Positions 12,212 to 27,070 of a stretch of DNA of 64,000 nucleotides are shown here, one piece after another. The position numbers and the translations under genes are program-made. Position 1 is the stretch's first letter, and every line of letters begins with the position of its first letter. The stretch lies in assembly GCF_009914755.1 (NCBI RefSeq), contig NC_060925.1; one strand, 5' to 3'. Under the pieces are notes generated by a model. That model was not told the origin of the DNA and ran no database searches. It saw only the letters and a program-made list of their open reading frames with translations. This stretch comes from the human T2T-CHM13v2.0 reference genome, Homo sapiens.

Positions 12212-13006
12212 CTTCTTTATGGTCTAGAGACAATAAGGTATCACAAATAACCTGATAAATGGAAGACTGGGATACTGACCCCGGCTTTTAATCAGAGATC
12301 AGTGGTAGAACCTGTGTATTTCTGAAACCACAGGTGCCTAGTCAGATGAAATCACACTATTGTTAAATGAGTTTCCAGAGTAACACAGAAGGATTGAGGG
12401 TAGTCATTCCTCTGAGCCTCAGCCTCCCTGTCAATAAAATAGTGATACAATACAATAGGCTCCCCCAACACAGATCCCAGTCAGATTTCCAAGAAGATCA
12501 AGTGAGAAGTGTAAGAACAACTCTTTGGAAAAAAAAAAAAAAGGCAGTCTACATATATAAGGCATTATTTACCCAATAAGAAAAGCCTCTTTTACTGTTT
12601 CTTAAAGGCTCCCAAAGAGACTGCTCAGAGGTCTGGAGAGGATTTAGGAACTTAGGACACGGCCATTCCTTCCCACACCCTGCCAGTTCATTAATTCACA
12701 TATGCGTAGGTTCATTCAGCCTGTAATCCTACTGTATGCCAGGTGCTATGCTAAAAGCTAAGAGTAATGGTGAATGAGGCCCAGTTCCTACTCTCAAGGG
12801 GCTTTCTCGAAAAGTGGAAGATTGGGGTATCCTGATTATAAAGTAGAACAGCATCCACGATGAGTAGTCTGGGCAACACTGGGGAAGCTGCTTAGACTGG
12901 GCGAAAGCTCCTCTTCTCATCCTCACCCATCTTCTCAGACTTTAGATGCTCTCCTCCCTCCATGTACCCTGATGTCTAAGCCCACACCTACTTCTTTCTC
13001 CTCTAA

Positions 13007-13421
<415 letters not shown>

Positions 13422-13572
13422 GAGGTTTGGTGATTATAATACAGAAAAAAAGCTTAACATTAAAAAGGAAGATAAGGTCAGGACATGGGAAAGAAATACA
13501 TTTTAAGGCACTTGTTTTAGAGTCTAAAGTATAACTAAACTTTTATTAAAGAACAGGGCCAGTAGAACTTAC

Positions 13573-13800
13573 CTCCAAATCCAGAGTTTTCACCATGAGA
13601 CTATGTCTTGTTTCTTTTGCTATGTCAGACTGAGTCTTGATTAATGAGCTTATTTTTCTTCAGTAAACTTAGGAGTTTGGTGTTTGGAGAAAGGATAGAG
13701 GGAGACCATTGGAGAGGGCTGCGAGGAGAATGTTAAATACACTTGAAAGCTCTCTTCGTCCCTCCCTACCTCCCCTGGTCAGGAATGCTAGCTCCTTGGG
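13573..13800 (-). other. CCDC190: Probable non-coding exon 1 / promoter of CCDC190 (5' boundary uncertain)
   Basis: Strong minus-strand donor GAG|gtaagt at 13573/13572, 1.35 kb upstream of the ATG exon in repeat-free sequence. The TSS cannot be determined from sequence. Confidence 0.55.
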
Positions 13801-16304
13801 CCATGGCACCAATCCCTGCTGGAGAGGCCAGAGCTCTAAATAGCTCTGTGGGTAAAAGAAGCCTGCCAGCTTCTAGCCTGTCCCTAGAGGGGCCCACAGT
13901 GCTCCTTCTCGGCTGTGTCCATGGGAGCCAGGAATGAAAGCAAGGAGTGTGTAACTGTGTTCTCAATCTCTCTCTCTCCTACCCTTTCCTCGTTTCTCTC
14001 CATTTTTTTTTTTTCTCTCTTTGTCATACCTCCCTTCCCTAACCTTCATTCCTACTTCTTGAAAACCAGGTCAGCCTCAAAAGAAAGCACCATTTTTTCT
14101 GTCATGACTGTTCACACTTCGTGCAGGAGAGAAGTTAATTTGTTTATTATGTGTTATTGCACACCGTACTGACCTTCCCCAGGCCTTTCCACATGCTCAG
14201 AGCACTTCGGTGCTTATCAAGATTTTCAAAGTGGTGAAAACAGCACTAAGCAAAGTAAAATTAAAATCAACTTTTGTGCCCATATTTTGAACAGCTACCG
14301 TAGAAGGTTGAGCAGAGCTATTGTTTATATAACAAGATACTGAGTGGGATTTTTACTGTTGCCTTGGAGCTTCGTCTGAAAATAAGACGCACTGATATGC
14401 CACAGTCTAAATAGAGCTGCCAACACTGGGGCCTGATAATCCCCCCAGAGTTTACTGAGAGGCAGGCAGCTAAACAGGCCCTACTAACCACAATCACTGC
14501 CCAGCAAATAAATAATTATAAAGAGATTACGAGGGGTGCCAGGGAGGAAGAGGAGCATGCTATTTTCTCAGTGGGAGGTAGTTCCTTTCCCATCCTTTCT
14601 CATGAGGTAATTCCCTCACCTCCAGAATTTAAATGAATGAGGTGGGATTCCAAGAAAATTATCTGGGAGAATGAGATGCCACACAAGGAGAGACCAGGAT
14701 CGGGATTGTACCCCCAGCTAGAGGCTTGCTGACTGCAGAACAATAGAGCAGCCCCCATTCCATCCCTTTGTTGCCACTATAGCTGATGATAGTGAGGGAT
14801 TTCTTAGAAAAGCTTGGTTCCTGCATGGCATTTTGAGAGGGAACTGAAGAGGAAAAGCTTGCAGAAATAATCTATGGCTAAAGGGCAAGAAGGAGCCTTA
14901 GTGTGGAGTGCCTAGGAAAAGAATGGTGGCCAAAGCCATCCTAGTTACTCTCAGCCCTCTGAGAATGCCAGAGAGGACCTGGCTCCATGGGAGGGAGCAG
15001 AGGGGTTATATGAGGTGGCGGAAACCATGGCATAGTCATCACATTGCTCTTCTTGGAAGACAGTGCTTCATCTGGAGGGGAAATAGAATCACAGGCAGGG
15101 CCAGAAGGAGGCAGAGACAGAAGGGATGTGAGTGCAGATGAACTCCCTCATAAAACCACACATCTCGAAAGCAGAGGACACGAGAACACAAAGAATAGAC
15201 AGGAATATCTATCTATGGGAACATAGGAACACAAGAATAGATAGGAAAATACCAGTCATGCCTTAGCATCACAAATGTGGCAGTTATATAGGAAGATCTC
15301 TGCCTCCTCTATTCTCTCCTAGCCCATGACCTTAAAATGGTTAGTGTTGAAAAGACAAGGGAGAGGAGGTATATAAAAAGATCATGCCTTTTCCACTCCA
15401 AGGGTTGGAGAAGGAAGAATGATAGAGCAGATAATCCTCCTTTCCCATCTCCAAACTTCCTGGAGTCCAGTGAGGAGTTTAAATTATATGTGAAACTGGA
15501 GCTTCAAAGTGGAATGGACTTTTTTTTTTTTAATAAACAAAATGGCAAGAAATGTGTAGAATTTGCCCAGGATATCATTAAGGAACAAGAAAGAAAATCA
15601 GCGAAGATAGTGATTGAAAGTATAAAGCTATCATTCTCAGATCATGTTCTTGCTTCCACCACCAGAGAAAGAAATAGTTCAAACTGTTCAGTAAAGTGAT
15701 TTTGATTAAAATACAATTTTACAGAATATATTTTTAATGCACATCCGTGTAGTTTTCTATAATTCTCTCTGTTTTACATGGAGTCACACCCTTTTGTAGT
15801 CAAAACACATCTGGAATCAAAGAATCTGTCATTTATAGACTATGTGACTGTCCTATCCCTTGGTTTCCTTATTTGTAAAATAGGTTAAAAGTATCTTTAT
15901 CATAGGTTTTCTGATAGAATTGAATGAAATGATCAATTTAAAGTAATTCGTGTATAGTAGATGTCCAATAAAAGTTAGCTCCTGATTTTCAGCAAAGATG
16001 GAGTAATAGGAACTAGATTTACTTTTCTACATGAAACAATTTAAAAAAGCAGAAAAAATTCATGAAATTAAAAAAAAACTGGACATCAGTCAGATAGGAT
16101 GGTGATCCCTGAGAGAGTGGAAACAAACCAGGGAATCATTATTATTGCTACAGCTTACTGACTGGAAAGGGTTTCCAGACTACAGCACAAGAATTGAGCA
16201 ACGAGGCAGGGGTTCCTGACTTGAGGAGACAAAGGTGTAAGTTCAGAAAGACCAAGGTATCCAGAATTAGCAGGGTACAGTAGCAGATCTAAGAAACTCA
16301 ATGA

Positions 16305-16595
<291 letters not shown>

Positions 16596-18742
16596 TCAAT
16601 GAATCTCAAGCAAAAGATATATGAATTAAACTTCTCCAAGGTATATAAAATAAAATTATTTTAAAAAGTAATAAAGAGATAATCTTAAAAACAGCCAAAT
16701 TTAAAAAGGTACATTACATACAGAGGAACACAATAAGAATTACACAGACTTCCTACCAAAAATGATGAAAACCAGAAGATAGTGGAGCAAAACTTTTTAA
16801 GTTCTGAAAGAAAAAAATCAACCTAGAATTCTATACTCAACAAAAATATCTTCAAGAGCTAAGGAAAATTGAATAATGTTTCAGTCACACAGAAGCTTAA
16901 ATAATCCTTCAACAACAGACCTACAGTTCAAGAAACGTTAAAGGTAATTCTTCAAGCAAAAGAAAAATTATACCAGATGGAAATCCAAAGCTACAAAAAG
17001 AAAGAAAGAGCACCAGAAATAGTAACTACATGAGGAAGTATAAAGACTATTTTTCTTATTATCTAAATCTCTTTAAAATGTAATTAACTGTTCAAAGCAA
17101 AACAGAAAAATCTAGTGTGAGATTTACAGCATGTAAACATGTAAACAGCATGGGAACAGTAATACAAAATTCGAGTGAGAATAAATGGAAGTTTACTGTT
17201 ATAAGGTTCTTATAATATATTTGCAGCATTATAATATGACTTGAAGGTAGAATGTAATGAGTTAAAGCTGTATACTCTACACTCTAAAGCAACCACTAAA
17301 ATAATATAACAAAGAATTATAAGAAATCAACAAGTAAGATAAAATTGAATTATAAAAAATACTAAATTTGAAATAAAGCAGAAAAATAGGAAAGAGGAAA
17401 TAAAAGAACAATTTGGATAAACAAGAAATAAATGGCAAGATGATAGATTTTAAACCCAAATATATTAAGAACCATAATAAATGTAAATGGTCTCAGTACC
17501 CCATTAAAAGGCAGAGATTTTCAGATCAAATAAAGTAACAAGGCCACACTATATCATGCTGACAAAGAAATAAACCGAAAACACTTTTGTAAAGTATGAA
17601 CAAATGAATAGGTTAAGAGTAAATGAATAGAAAAAGATATACCATGCTAACACTAAATAAAAGAAATTAGAGAAAGCTATATTTATCCCAAATAAAATAG
17701 TATTCAGAGCCAATAATATTAATAGGAATAAAGAGGGTAATTTCTTAATAATAAAGGGATTAATTCATCCATAATAAAATCCACAATATTTTGCACCTAA
17801 TATGGGAAGCAAAAACGAATAGAATTACATGGAGGAATGAACAAACCCACAGCTATTGTCAGTGGCTCCAACATCCTTTTCTCAATAAGTTATTGAAAAA
17901 GTGTAGAGAAAATTAGTAAGGCTAAAGGAAATTGAAACAACACTATCAACCAACTTGACCTAATTAACATTTATAGAATGTTAACTATACCCAACCACAA
18001 ATACCCATTCTTTTCCAGTGCACAAGGAACATTTATCAAGATAGACCACAGGTGGGCCATGAAACAAGTTTTAATACATGTGAAAAATTAAAATAACAGT
18101 GTATTCTGTTTCGTGTTGCTATAATGAAATACCTAAGGTTAAGTAATTTATAAGAACAGAAATGTATTTTCTCGTAACACAGGGTTGATTTGATGTTTAA
18201 AAACCAACATGATTTAACCATATTAACAGAATATAGGCAAGAACCATAAAATCATTTGAATTAAAAATCATTTCACGAGATCCAATATCAATTTCATCAA
18301 ACTAGGAATAGAAGGAAATATCTTCAACCTGATAATTAGCATCTATAATAAACCCATAGTAAACATTATACTTAATGGGAAAATACCCCCAAAGAGTTAG
18401 AACAAGGCATAGATATTTGCTCTTACCACTTCTACTATTGTACTAGAGGACTTAGCTACTTCAGTGAGGCAAGAAAAAGATATACAGACTGGAAAGGAAA
18501 GCACAACTGTCTTTATTCACAGATGACATAATTTTCTGTGGAGAAAATAGTAAGGCACTTATATCTTGTGTGATTTTAGCAAGATCACATGATAATATAT
18601 CAATATACAAAATATGTTTAGATATATTAACATAAAAATATTGTAAATTAAAAATACCATAATGAATCACAAAACATTTAGAAATACATTTAATAAAATA
18701 TAGAACTACAAAATGTTTTATAGGGAGATTAAAGAAGACCTA

Positions 18743-19018
<276 letters not shown>

Positions 19019-21006
19019 CCCTAAATAAATGAGGAGATATATCATGTTTATGGGCTAGAATCCTAAGTATTTTAGACTGCCAATTCTTCTAAAAATTATC
19101 TGTAGATTTAATCATGATCAAAACCCTAGCAGACTTTTTTTTTCTGGCAAATAAAGGTGACTCTAAAATTCAAGTGGTAATACAAATGACTTACAGTAGT
19201 CAAAATAATTTTGAAAAGAATGAACAAATTATATAGGACTTAATATTATCTGATTTCGAGACTTATTCTAATGCTATAGTCAATAAGATTGTGTAGTGTT
19301 GGTATAAAGGTGAACATGTAGGATCACTACCACAGAGAAGACACTTTAGAAGTAAACTCACACATTTAGTCGGTTTATTTTAGAAAGAAACACCAATATA
19401 ATTTAATGGGGGGGAAAGAATATTCTTTTTACAAGTAGTATTGGAACAATGGGTATCTATGTGGAAAAGAAATCAAATTTCAATTTTTATGTTATCCCCT
19501 ACACAAAAATTATTTTAAAATTGATTATATACCTTAACATGCCGGCAAAAACTACAAAACTTCTAGAAGAAAAATAAGAAAAGAAAAATTTTGTAAACTT
19601 GAGTTTGGCAAAGATTTCTTATATAGCAGACAAAAAGACCAAACTATAAAAGAAAAAATTTGATAAAATTGACTTAATAAAAATTAAAACCTTCTGTTCT
19701 TAAAAAAACACTACGAGGGAAAACAAAAGGCAAGCAAGAACCTGTTGGAATATATTGACAATGCAAAAAAACCTAACCAAAAAACTCTATCTATATCTAA
19801 ATAACACCAACAACTTAACATTAAGGACACGAATAACTCTATTTAAAAATGCAAAAAATACTTAAATAGACAATCCAAAAGAATATACAAATGGCCAATA
19901 AACAAATGAATATACATTTAATTTAATTAGTCATTAGAAGATTAAAACAACGAGGTAACCCTTTTTACCGTTAGCACAATTTAAATTGAAAAAAAGTGGT
20001 AAAAGCAAGTATTGGTGAGAATATGGAGCAACTGGATTTTATTCATTGGTTTTGTGAACATAAAATGGTACGACCATTTTGGAAAACAGTTTGGGAATTT
20101 CTTACAAAATTCAACATATACTTACATATGACCCAGCACTTCCACTGCTGGATACTTAACCAAGAGAAATGAAAGCATGTGCTCATAAAAAGATTTGTAT
20201 AGAAATATTGTATAGCAGCCTTATTCATAATAGTCGCAAACTGGAAACAACCCAAATGACCATCAACAAGTGAACTGATAAACAAATTGTGGTTCATCCA
20301 TACAATGGAATACCACTCAGCAATAAAAATAACGATACATTAATATGGGCAAAAGCATGAATGAATCTTACAGATAACATGCTGGTAAAGAGGCTGGATA
20401 GAAAAGAGAAGTGGATTCCATATATTTGAAATATTATAACATGCACAATTAATCTATGATGACAGAGATCAGATCAGTGGTTGCCTGGGCTGAGAGGTAT
20501 AGATAAAGACTGATTACAAAAAGGAATGAAGGAACTTTCCTGGGAGACAGAGGTGATAATTACTTGCTGCATACATTTGTCGAAGCGAACAACCTAAGGA
20601 CTTAAACTGTGAATTTTAGTGGATATAAATTTTATCTCAGTAAAGTTGATTTTTAAAAAAACTTAATATCATAGTAAAAGAAAGTAATTTTCAGGCAAGT
20701 AAACAAAAAATAGAGTTTGTCTCCACTAAATAAAATTCTGCAGGATGTATTTGAAGCAGAAAGAAATGTTTCTAGATGTAGGACTAAGATACAAGAAGGA
20801 ATGAAGGGCAAAGAAAGTGGTAAACATGTGGGTACATCTAAATGAAGATTGAATGTATAAAACTGGGACTTGGAAAATGATAATTCAAAGTAACACAGCA
20901 CAGAGCTTTCAAAAAAGAACAGCTAATTGTTCTGAGGTTCTTTTTTTGTCCTGAGAAAGGTAAAGACATTAACATTATACTTTCATAGTTAAGATTCATG
21001 TTGTCA

Positions 21007-24000
21007 ATTGTGAATTTTAGCTCCAGATCAACTGCAAGAACAAATCAACAATCCCAAAAGGACCCACAGACCCTCTGGAGGAAGTGGACTGCTCCTGCAG
21101 GACCCGGGAGAACACCCCAAATGCTGTGTGTCCCAGCTGTGGAAGTGGGAAAGGGAGACCCTCCTCTCCCAAACGCACACCCCCACTGGAGAAACTGAAG
21201 ACCTCTTTGTGGGAGAAGTTACCTGGAGTTGAGTCAATTTGGAGAGCCAAGTGAAATACAGGGGTGGAGGAGGCAGTGGAGAGGTCCTGGGGGCCCACTG
21301 GAGAAACTGAAGGCCTCTTTGTGGGAGAAGTTACCTGGAGTTGAGTCAATTTGGAGAGCCAAGTGAAATACAGGGGTGGAGGAGGCAGTGGAGAGGTCCT
21401 GGGGGCTCACTGCATCTCCTAGCAGGCCATTCCTGCCTGGCACCATGGGGATCCATCAGGAGGGTGACCAGAGGAGCAGGGGTAGAACTCCATGGGGAGA
21501 GGGAAATGTCCAGCTGAACTTTTTAACAATTTGGATGGGGCGAGACGCCTCCTGGTCAGAACTCAGGGGAGGGCGCAAATCTGGTGTGCAGACTCCACAG
21601 GTGGGGGATGAACCAAGCCCTTTTCTTTAGCAGCCGGTAGCCTGGGGCAAGTTTTCAACCCTGTTACAGCCTCCACCTGGAAACAGACTTGGGGTTGTTG
21701 CGGGGGGGCATGGTGGGAGGGAGACCAGCCCTTCATTTTGTGTGGGAGCTGGGTGAGGCCTGTGACTGCTGGGTTTCCCCCACTTCCCTGACAACCTGCG
21801 TGACTCAGCAGAGGCAGCCATAATCCTGGGTACACAACTCTATTGACAAGGGAACCTCACCCCCATCCCCCACAGCAGCCAAGCGAGACCCACCCAAGCA
21901 GAGTCTGAGCTCAGACACGCCTAGCCCCGCCCCCACCTGATGGTCCTTCCCTACCTACCCTGGTAGCAGAAGAAAAAGGGCTTATAACCTTGGGAGTTCT
22001 AGGGCCCCACCCACTGCCAGTTCCCCCCAGTACTACCACAACTGATGCTTTCTGGAAGGCGCCACCTCAGGCAAGAGGCCAACCAGCACAGAAATAGAGC
22101 ATTAAACAACCAAAGCTAAGAACCCTCACTGGGTCCAGTGCACCCCACCACCTCCACTGGAACAGACACTGGTATTCATGGCTGAGAGACCCACAGACAG
22201 TTCACATCACAGGACACTCTGTAGACAACCCCCAGTGTTAGCCTGGAGCCAGGTAGACTCTCTGGGTGGCTAGACCCAGAAGAGAGACAACAATCACTGC
22301 AGTTTGGCCCACAGGAAGTTACATCCATAGGAAAAGGGGGAGAGTACTACATCAAGGGAACACCCCGTGAGACAAAATAATCTGAACAACAGGCTTCAAC
22401 CCTAGACCTTCCCTCTGACAGAGACTCCCCAAATGAGAAGGAACCAGAAAACCGACCCTGGTAATATGACAAAACAAGGCTCTTCAGCACTCCCCCCAAA
22501 TCACACTAGTTCACCAGCAATGCATCCAAACCAAGAAGAAATCCCTGATTTACCTGAAAAAAAAATTCAGGAGGTTAGTTATTAAGCTAATCAGGGAAGG
22601 ACCAGAGAAAGGCGAAGCCTAATGCAAGGAAATCCAAAAAATTATACAAGAACTGAAGGAAGAAATATTCAAGGAAATAGCCAGCTTAAAGAAAAAACAA
22701 TAAAAAATTCAGGGCACTTTGGACAAACTTTTAGAAAAGTGAAATGCTCGGCAAAGTTTCAGCCATAGAATTGAACAAGTAGAAGAAAGAAATTCAGAGC
22801 TTGAAGACAGTGTCTTTGAATTAACCCAATCCAACAAAGACAAAGAAAAAAGAATAAGAAAATATAAACTGAGCCTCCAAGAAGTCTGGGATTATGTTAA
22901 ATGACCAAACTTCAGAATAATCAGTGTTCTTGAGGAAGAAGAGAATCCTAAAAGCTTGGAAAACATATTTGGGAGAATAATTGAGGAAAACTCCCCTGGC
23001 CTTTCTAGAGACCTAGATGTCCACATATTAGAAGTACAAAGAACACCTGGAAAATTAATCACAAAAAGATCTTTGCCCAGGCACACTGTCATCAGGTTAT
23101 CCAAAGTTAAGATGAAGGAAAGAATCTTAAGAGCTGTGAGAAAGAAACACCATCATTCTTCACAGAATTAAAAAAAACAATTCTAAAATTCATGTAGAAC
23201 AACAACAAAAAAACCTGCATAGCCAAAGCAAGACTAAGCAAAAAGAACAAATCTGGAGGCATCACACTACCTGATTTCAAACTATATTGTAAAGCCATAG
23301 TCACCAAAACAGCATGGTACTGGTATAAAAATGGGCACATAGACCAATGGAACAGAATAGAGAACCCAGAAATAAACCCAAATTCTTACAGCCAACTGAT
23401 CTTTGACAAAGCAAATAAAAACGCAAATTGGGAAAAGGACACCCTTTTCAACAAATTATGCTAGGATAATTGGCTAACCACATGCAGGAGTATGAAACTG
23501 GATCCTCATCTCTCACCTTATACAAAAATCAACTCTAGATGGATTAAGGACTTAAACCTAAGGCCTGAAACTCTAAAAATTCTAGAAGATAACATTGGAA
23601 AAACCCTTCTATGCATTAGTTTAGGCAAGGATTTCATGACCAAGAACCCAAAAGCAAATGCAATAAAAACAAAGATAAATATCTGGGACCCAATTAAACT
23701 AAAGAGCTTTTGCATGGAAAAAAGGAACAGTCAGCAGACAGACAACCCACAGAATGGGAGAACATCTTTGCAATCTATACATTTGACAAAGGACTAATAT
23801 CCAGAATCTACAACAAACTCAACAAACTCAGTAAGAAAAAACCAAACAAACCCATCAAAAATTGGGCTAAGGATATGAATAGACAATTCTCAAAAGAAGA
23901 TATACAAATGGCCAACAAACATATGAAAAAATGCTCAACACCACTAATGATCAGGGAAATGCAAATCAAAACCACAATAAGATGCCACCTTACTCCTACA

Positions 24001-24686
24001 AGAATGGCCATAATCAAAAAATAAAAAAGGTAGATGTTGGCATGGATGCGGGAACACTTCTACACTGCTGGTGGGAATGTAAACAAGTACAGCCACTAAC
24101 AGCCACTATGGAAAACAGTGTGGAGATTCCTTAAAGAACTAAAAGTAGAACTACCATTTGATCCAGCAATCCCACTACTGGCTATCTACCCAGAGGAAAA
24201 GAAGTCATTATTCAAAAAAGATACTTGCACACTCATGTTTATAGCAGCACAATTTACAATAGCAAAATCGTGGAACCAACCCAAATGCCCATTAATCAAT
24301 GAGTGCAAAAAGAAATTGTGGTATGTATATACAATGGAATACTACACAGCCATAGAAAGGAGTGAATTAACAGCATTTGCAGTGAGCTGGATGAGACTGG
24401 AGACTATTATTCTAAGTGAAGTAACTCAGGAATGGAAAACCAAACATCATATGTTCTCACTGATATGTGGGAGCTAAGCTATGAGGATGCAAAGGCATAA
24501 GAATGATACAATGGACTTTGGGGACTTGGGGGGAAGAGTGAGAAGGGGCTGAGGGATAAAAGACAACAAATATGGTGCCATGTATACTGCTGGTGTGATG
24601 AGTGCACTAAAATCTCACAAATCACCACAAAAGAACTTACTCATGTAACCAAATACCACTTGTACCCCAATAACTTATGGAAAAAA
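21007..24686 (+). mobile_element. L1PB-like element: 5'UTR, partial ORF1 fused to the ORF2 C-terminus, and 3'UTR
   Basis: ORF1 remnant (ENIFGRIIEENSPGL...) and ORF2 remnants ([20 protein letters not shown]; WRFLKELKVELPFDPAIP). TSD AAGATTCATGTTGTCA at 20991-21006 vs AAGACTCTTGTTGTCA at 24687-24702. Confidence 0.9.
21182..21405 (+). repeat. 112-bp tandem duplication in the L1 5'UTR
   Basis: 21182-21293 and 21294-21405 differ at one position. Confidence 0.95.
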
Positions 24687-26855
24687 AAGACTCTTGTTGT
24701 CATTTCTGGGGTAACAGCTAAAAGGATTAAATAAAAGGATACGACTTACAAACTGGCAGGAGACAAACATTGAAATGATTAAAAAAATCTGAAAACGGAG
24801 AAAGATAAAACAGAAGGTACAAAATAAGACAGAAATTTAAGTCCAAATGTATCAGTAATTATGTATATAAATGACTAAATATACCAATTAAAAGTCAAGA
24901 ATTGTCAGACTGAAATTTAAAAAAAGAAGCTCTACTTTATACCAAAATGGTTATGAATATAAATGCAAATGAAAACAATGAAATCATAAGGCATTTCTCA
25001 GTTAAATCACAGTTACTGAGATGATCTAAAATATTTCAATATCACTCCCAAAACATGGACTTGAAATGTATAAAGTGAAAATTAAAATAACTGTAAGAAA
25101 AAAGTGACATCCAGAATCACATTGGAAAAATGTTTCTTTACTTATTTACTTTTATGAATAATTGATAGATTCAATCAGAAATCAGTAAGTACATGGGATA
25201 TTTAAACAATACATCCGATGGTATGTTTAAAATCACCTGTGTATATAAAAAATCACCATGTATTTAAGGAAGGTTCCAGAAGCTGTTACAAGAAACTTGT
25301 TTAAAATTTATTGACTTGAACTTATTCACATGGCCACATCTAGCTGCAAAGGAGTCTGGGCAATGTTTTTGTTTGTTTGTTTGTTTGTTTGTTTGTTTCT
25401 TCCTGGGCAGCCATGTACCCATCTAAATATTTGGGGTTCCACTACTTTGAAAGAAGGAGAAATTTATATTAGGAGTCAACCAGGACTCTCTGGCACAGAT
25501 ACTACTACAAAGATAGAGAGCTAAGATTAATTTGATGCTCAGCACCCTTAATATGCAATAGGCTACAATTAAATAAAAATTAATTATTATAAATATAAGT
25601 GAAAATGCAAAGTTTAAAATCATGTGGCAGCACTACCTTAAAAGATGATTATACAAATAGTCAGAATATGCCAATGTTATTTTTTTAAAGATTATATTTG
25701 AAATGAATCAAATGCACTTGCCTTCATACATTCTTGTAGAGGAATTCAAAATGCCCCTCCCTGCCTTATCTATTTATAAACACCAGTCCGAAGAAAACTG
25801 GCTCAGAGAATGATACCCACAAAAGATTTTTCAGGATCTGGCCCCTACCTCATCTCTCACACTTTCCCACACCTCTTCCCTGCACTGTTTGCATTTCTCC
25901 AAAGGCAATATGAATTCTCGAAGCTGTAGGTCTTGTATACTTTTCTCTTCCTGGCTCCTTCTCCCTACATTGGCCTTTTGTTCCCATCGGAGAAACAGGA
26001 ATGTGCCAAGAGGGTAGGTAGGCAACCTTATTTTTCCAGAGGTAATTAGGCATACTTTTCTCTCTTTCCCCTAATTCACACATGTAAAACATATAGTATT
26101 GACATTACTAGTATCATCATCATTATTAAGTCTTTGAACTCTAACCAGTATTATGTTGCAATTTTTAAAAATCTCAGTACCCTTGCACTGTTTGTCTATT
26201 TCCCCTAATGGTGTGCAAACTGCTTGATTGGAGGGACTTATTTTATTACCATTCTTGGTATCTTCAGCATATAGCACAATGCCTGGCTCACAAGAAGTGT
26301 TCAATACATATATGTCACATGAAGTATTAATTAGAAAAAAATAGCAAGTTAAATAAGCTTCCTTAGGAACTTTAGTAACTCAATGTTTTAATTTTCCTAA
26401 GTAAACACTAAAGTGCTCTTTAGTGCTTCTCTTATCAAACTAGAAAGATGAGAGTGTTTTAAAAATAATGCCAAATGCCTTACTAATTTTTTGAGTTGGG
26501 AAAACCATAGTCGACACGGTGTACCATGCTTGTTGCGGTCATCTCACATTCATTGTAGGTTGATTCATTTCCATACTTTCATACTCCCTCAACTGACTCA
26601 TTTTTTATTTAAATCCAAGCTTTCTGCCCTTTGTCTTCCCATTTTGTATTGAAATAAACACTTTGTGAGCTTGTCAGTTTCCTAAAAACCAGCAGCCTTC
26701 ACAAGACAAGGGCAATGAGGTACTAAGGATGCTTCATTTCTAGCAGGGATGGTTTGTGCCAGGAAAGAAAGCTGGACGGACCTCTTTATTTCTGGTTATA
26801 AGGCTTCAGCCTTCTGTCACACAGTGATCAGATAACAGCAGTGGCCACCCTTATG

Positions 26856-26929
26856 GAGGAAAAAGTACACAGAGTTATTTTGTGTACTTACCGAGGAAAA
26901 AGTACACAGAGTTATTATGTGAACTAACA
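26856..26929 (+). repeat. 37-bp tandem duplication
   Basis: GAGGAAAAAGTACACAGAGTTATT starts at both 26856 and 26893. Confidence 0.9.
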
Positions 26930-27070
26930 CACTCCTAATCTCTCCATCTGTTTAATGGGTAACTTTATACAATAGTGGATCTCCATAGAGACATAGTCCT
27001 GCAATATTTACGCCACCTGGCAAACTAAACATCTACTTCTTTTCCCCTACACTGAAGGCTGAATAGGGAC

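Noticed and set aside
27005-27023. CTCF-like TGCCAGGTGGCG on the minus strand
   Set aside because: The 5' half of the motif (CCAC/CCAG) is missing; too weak to call.
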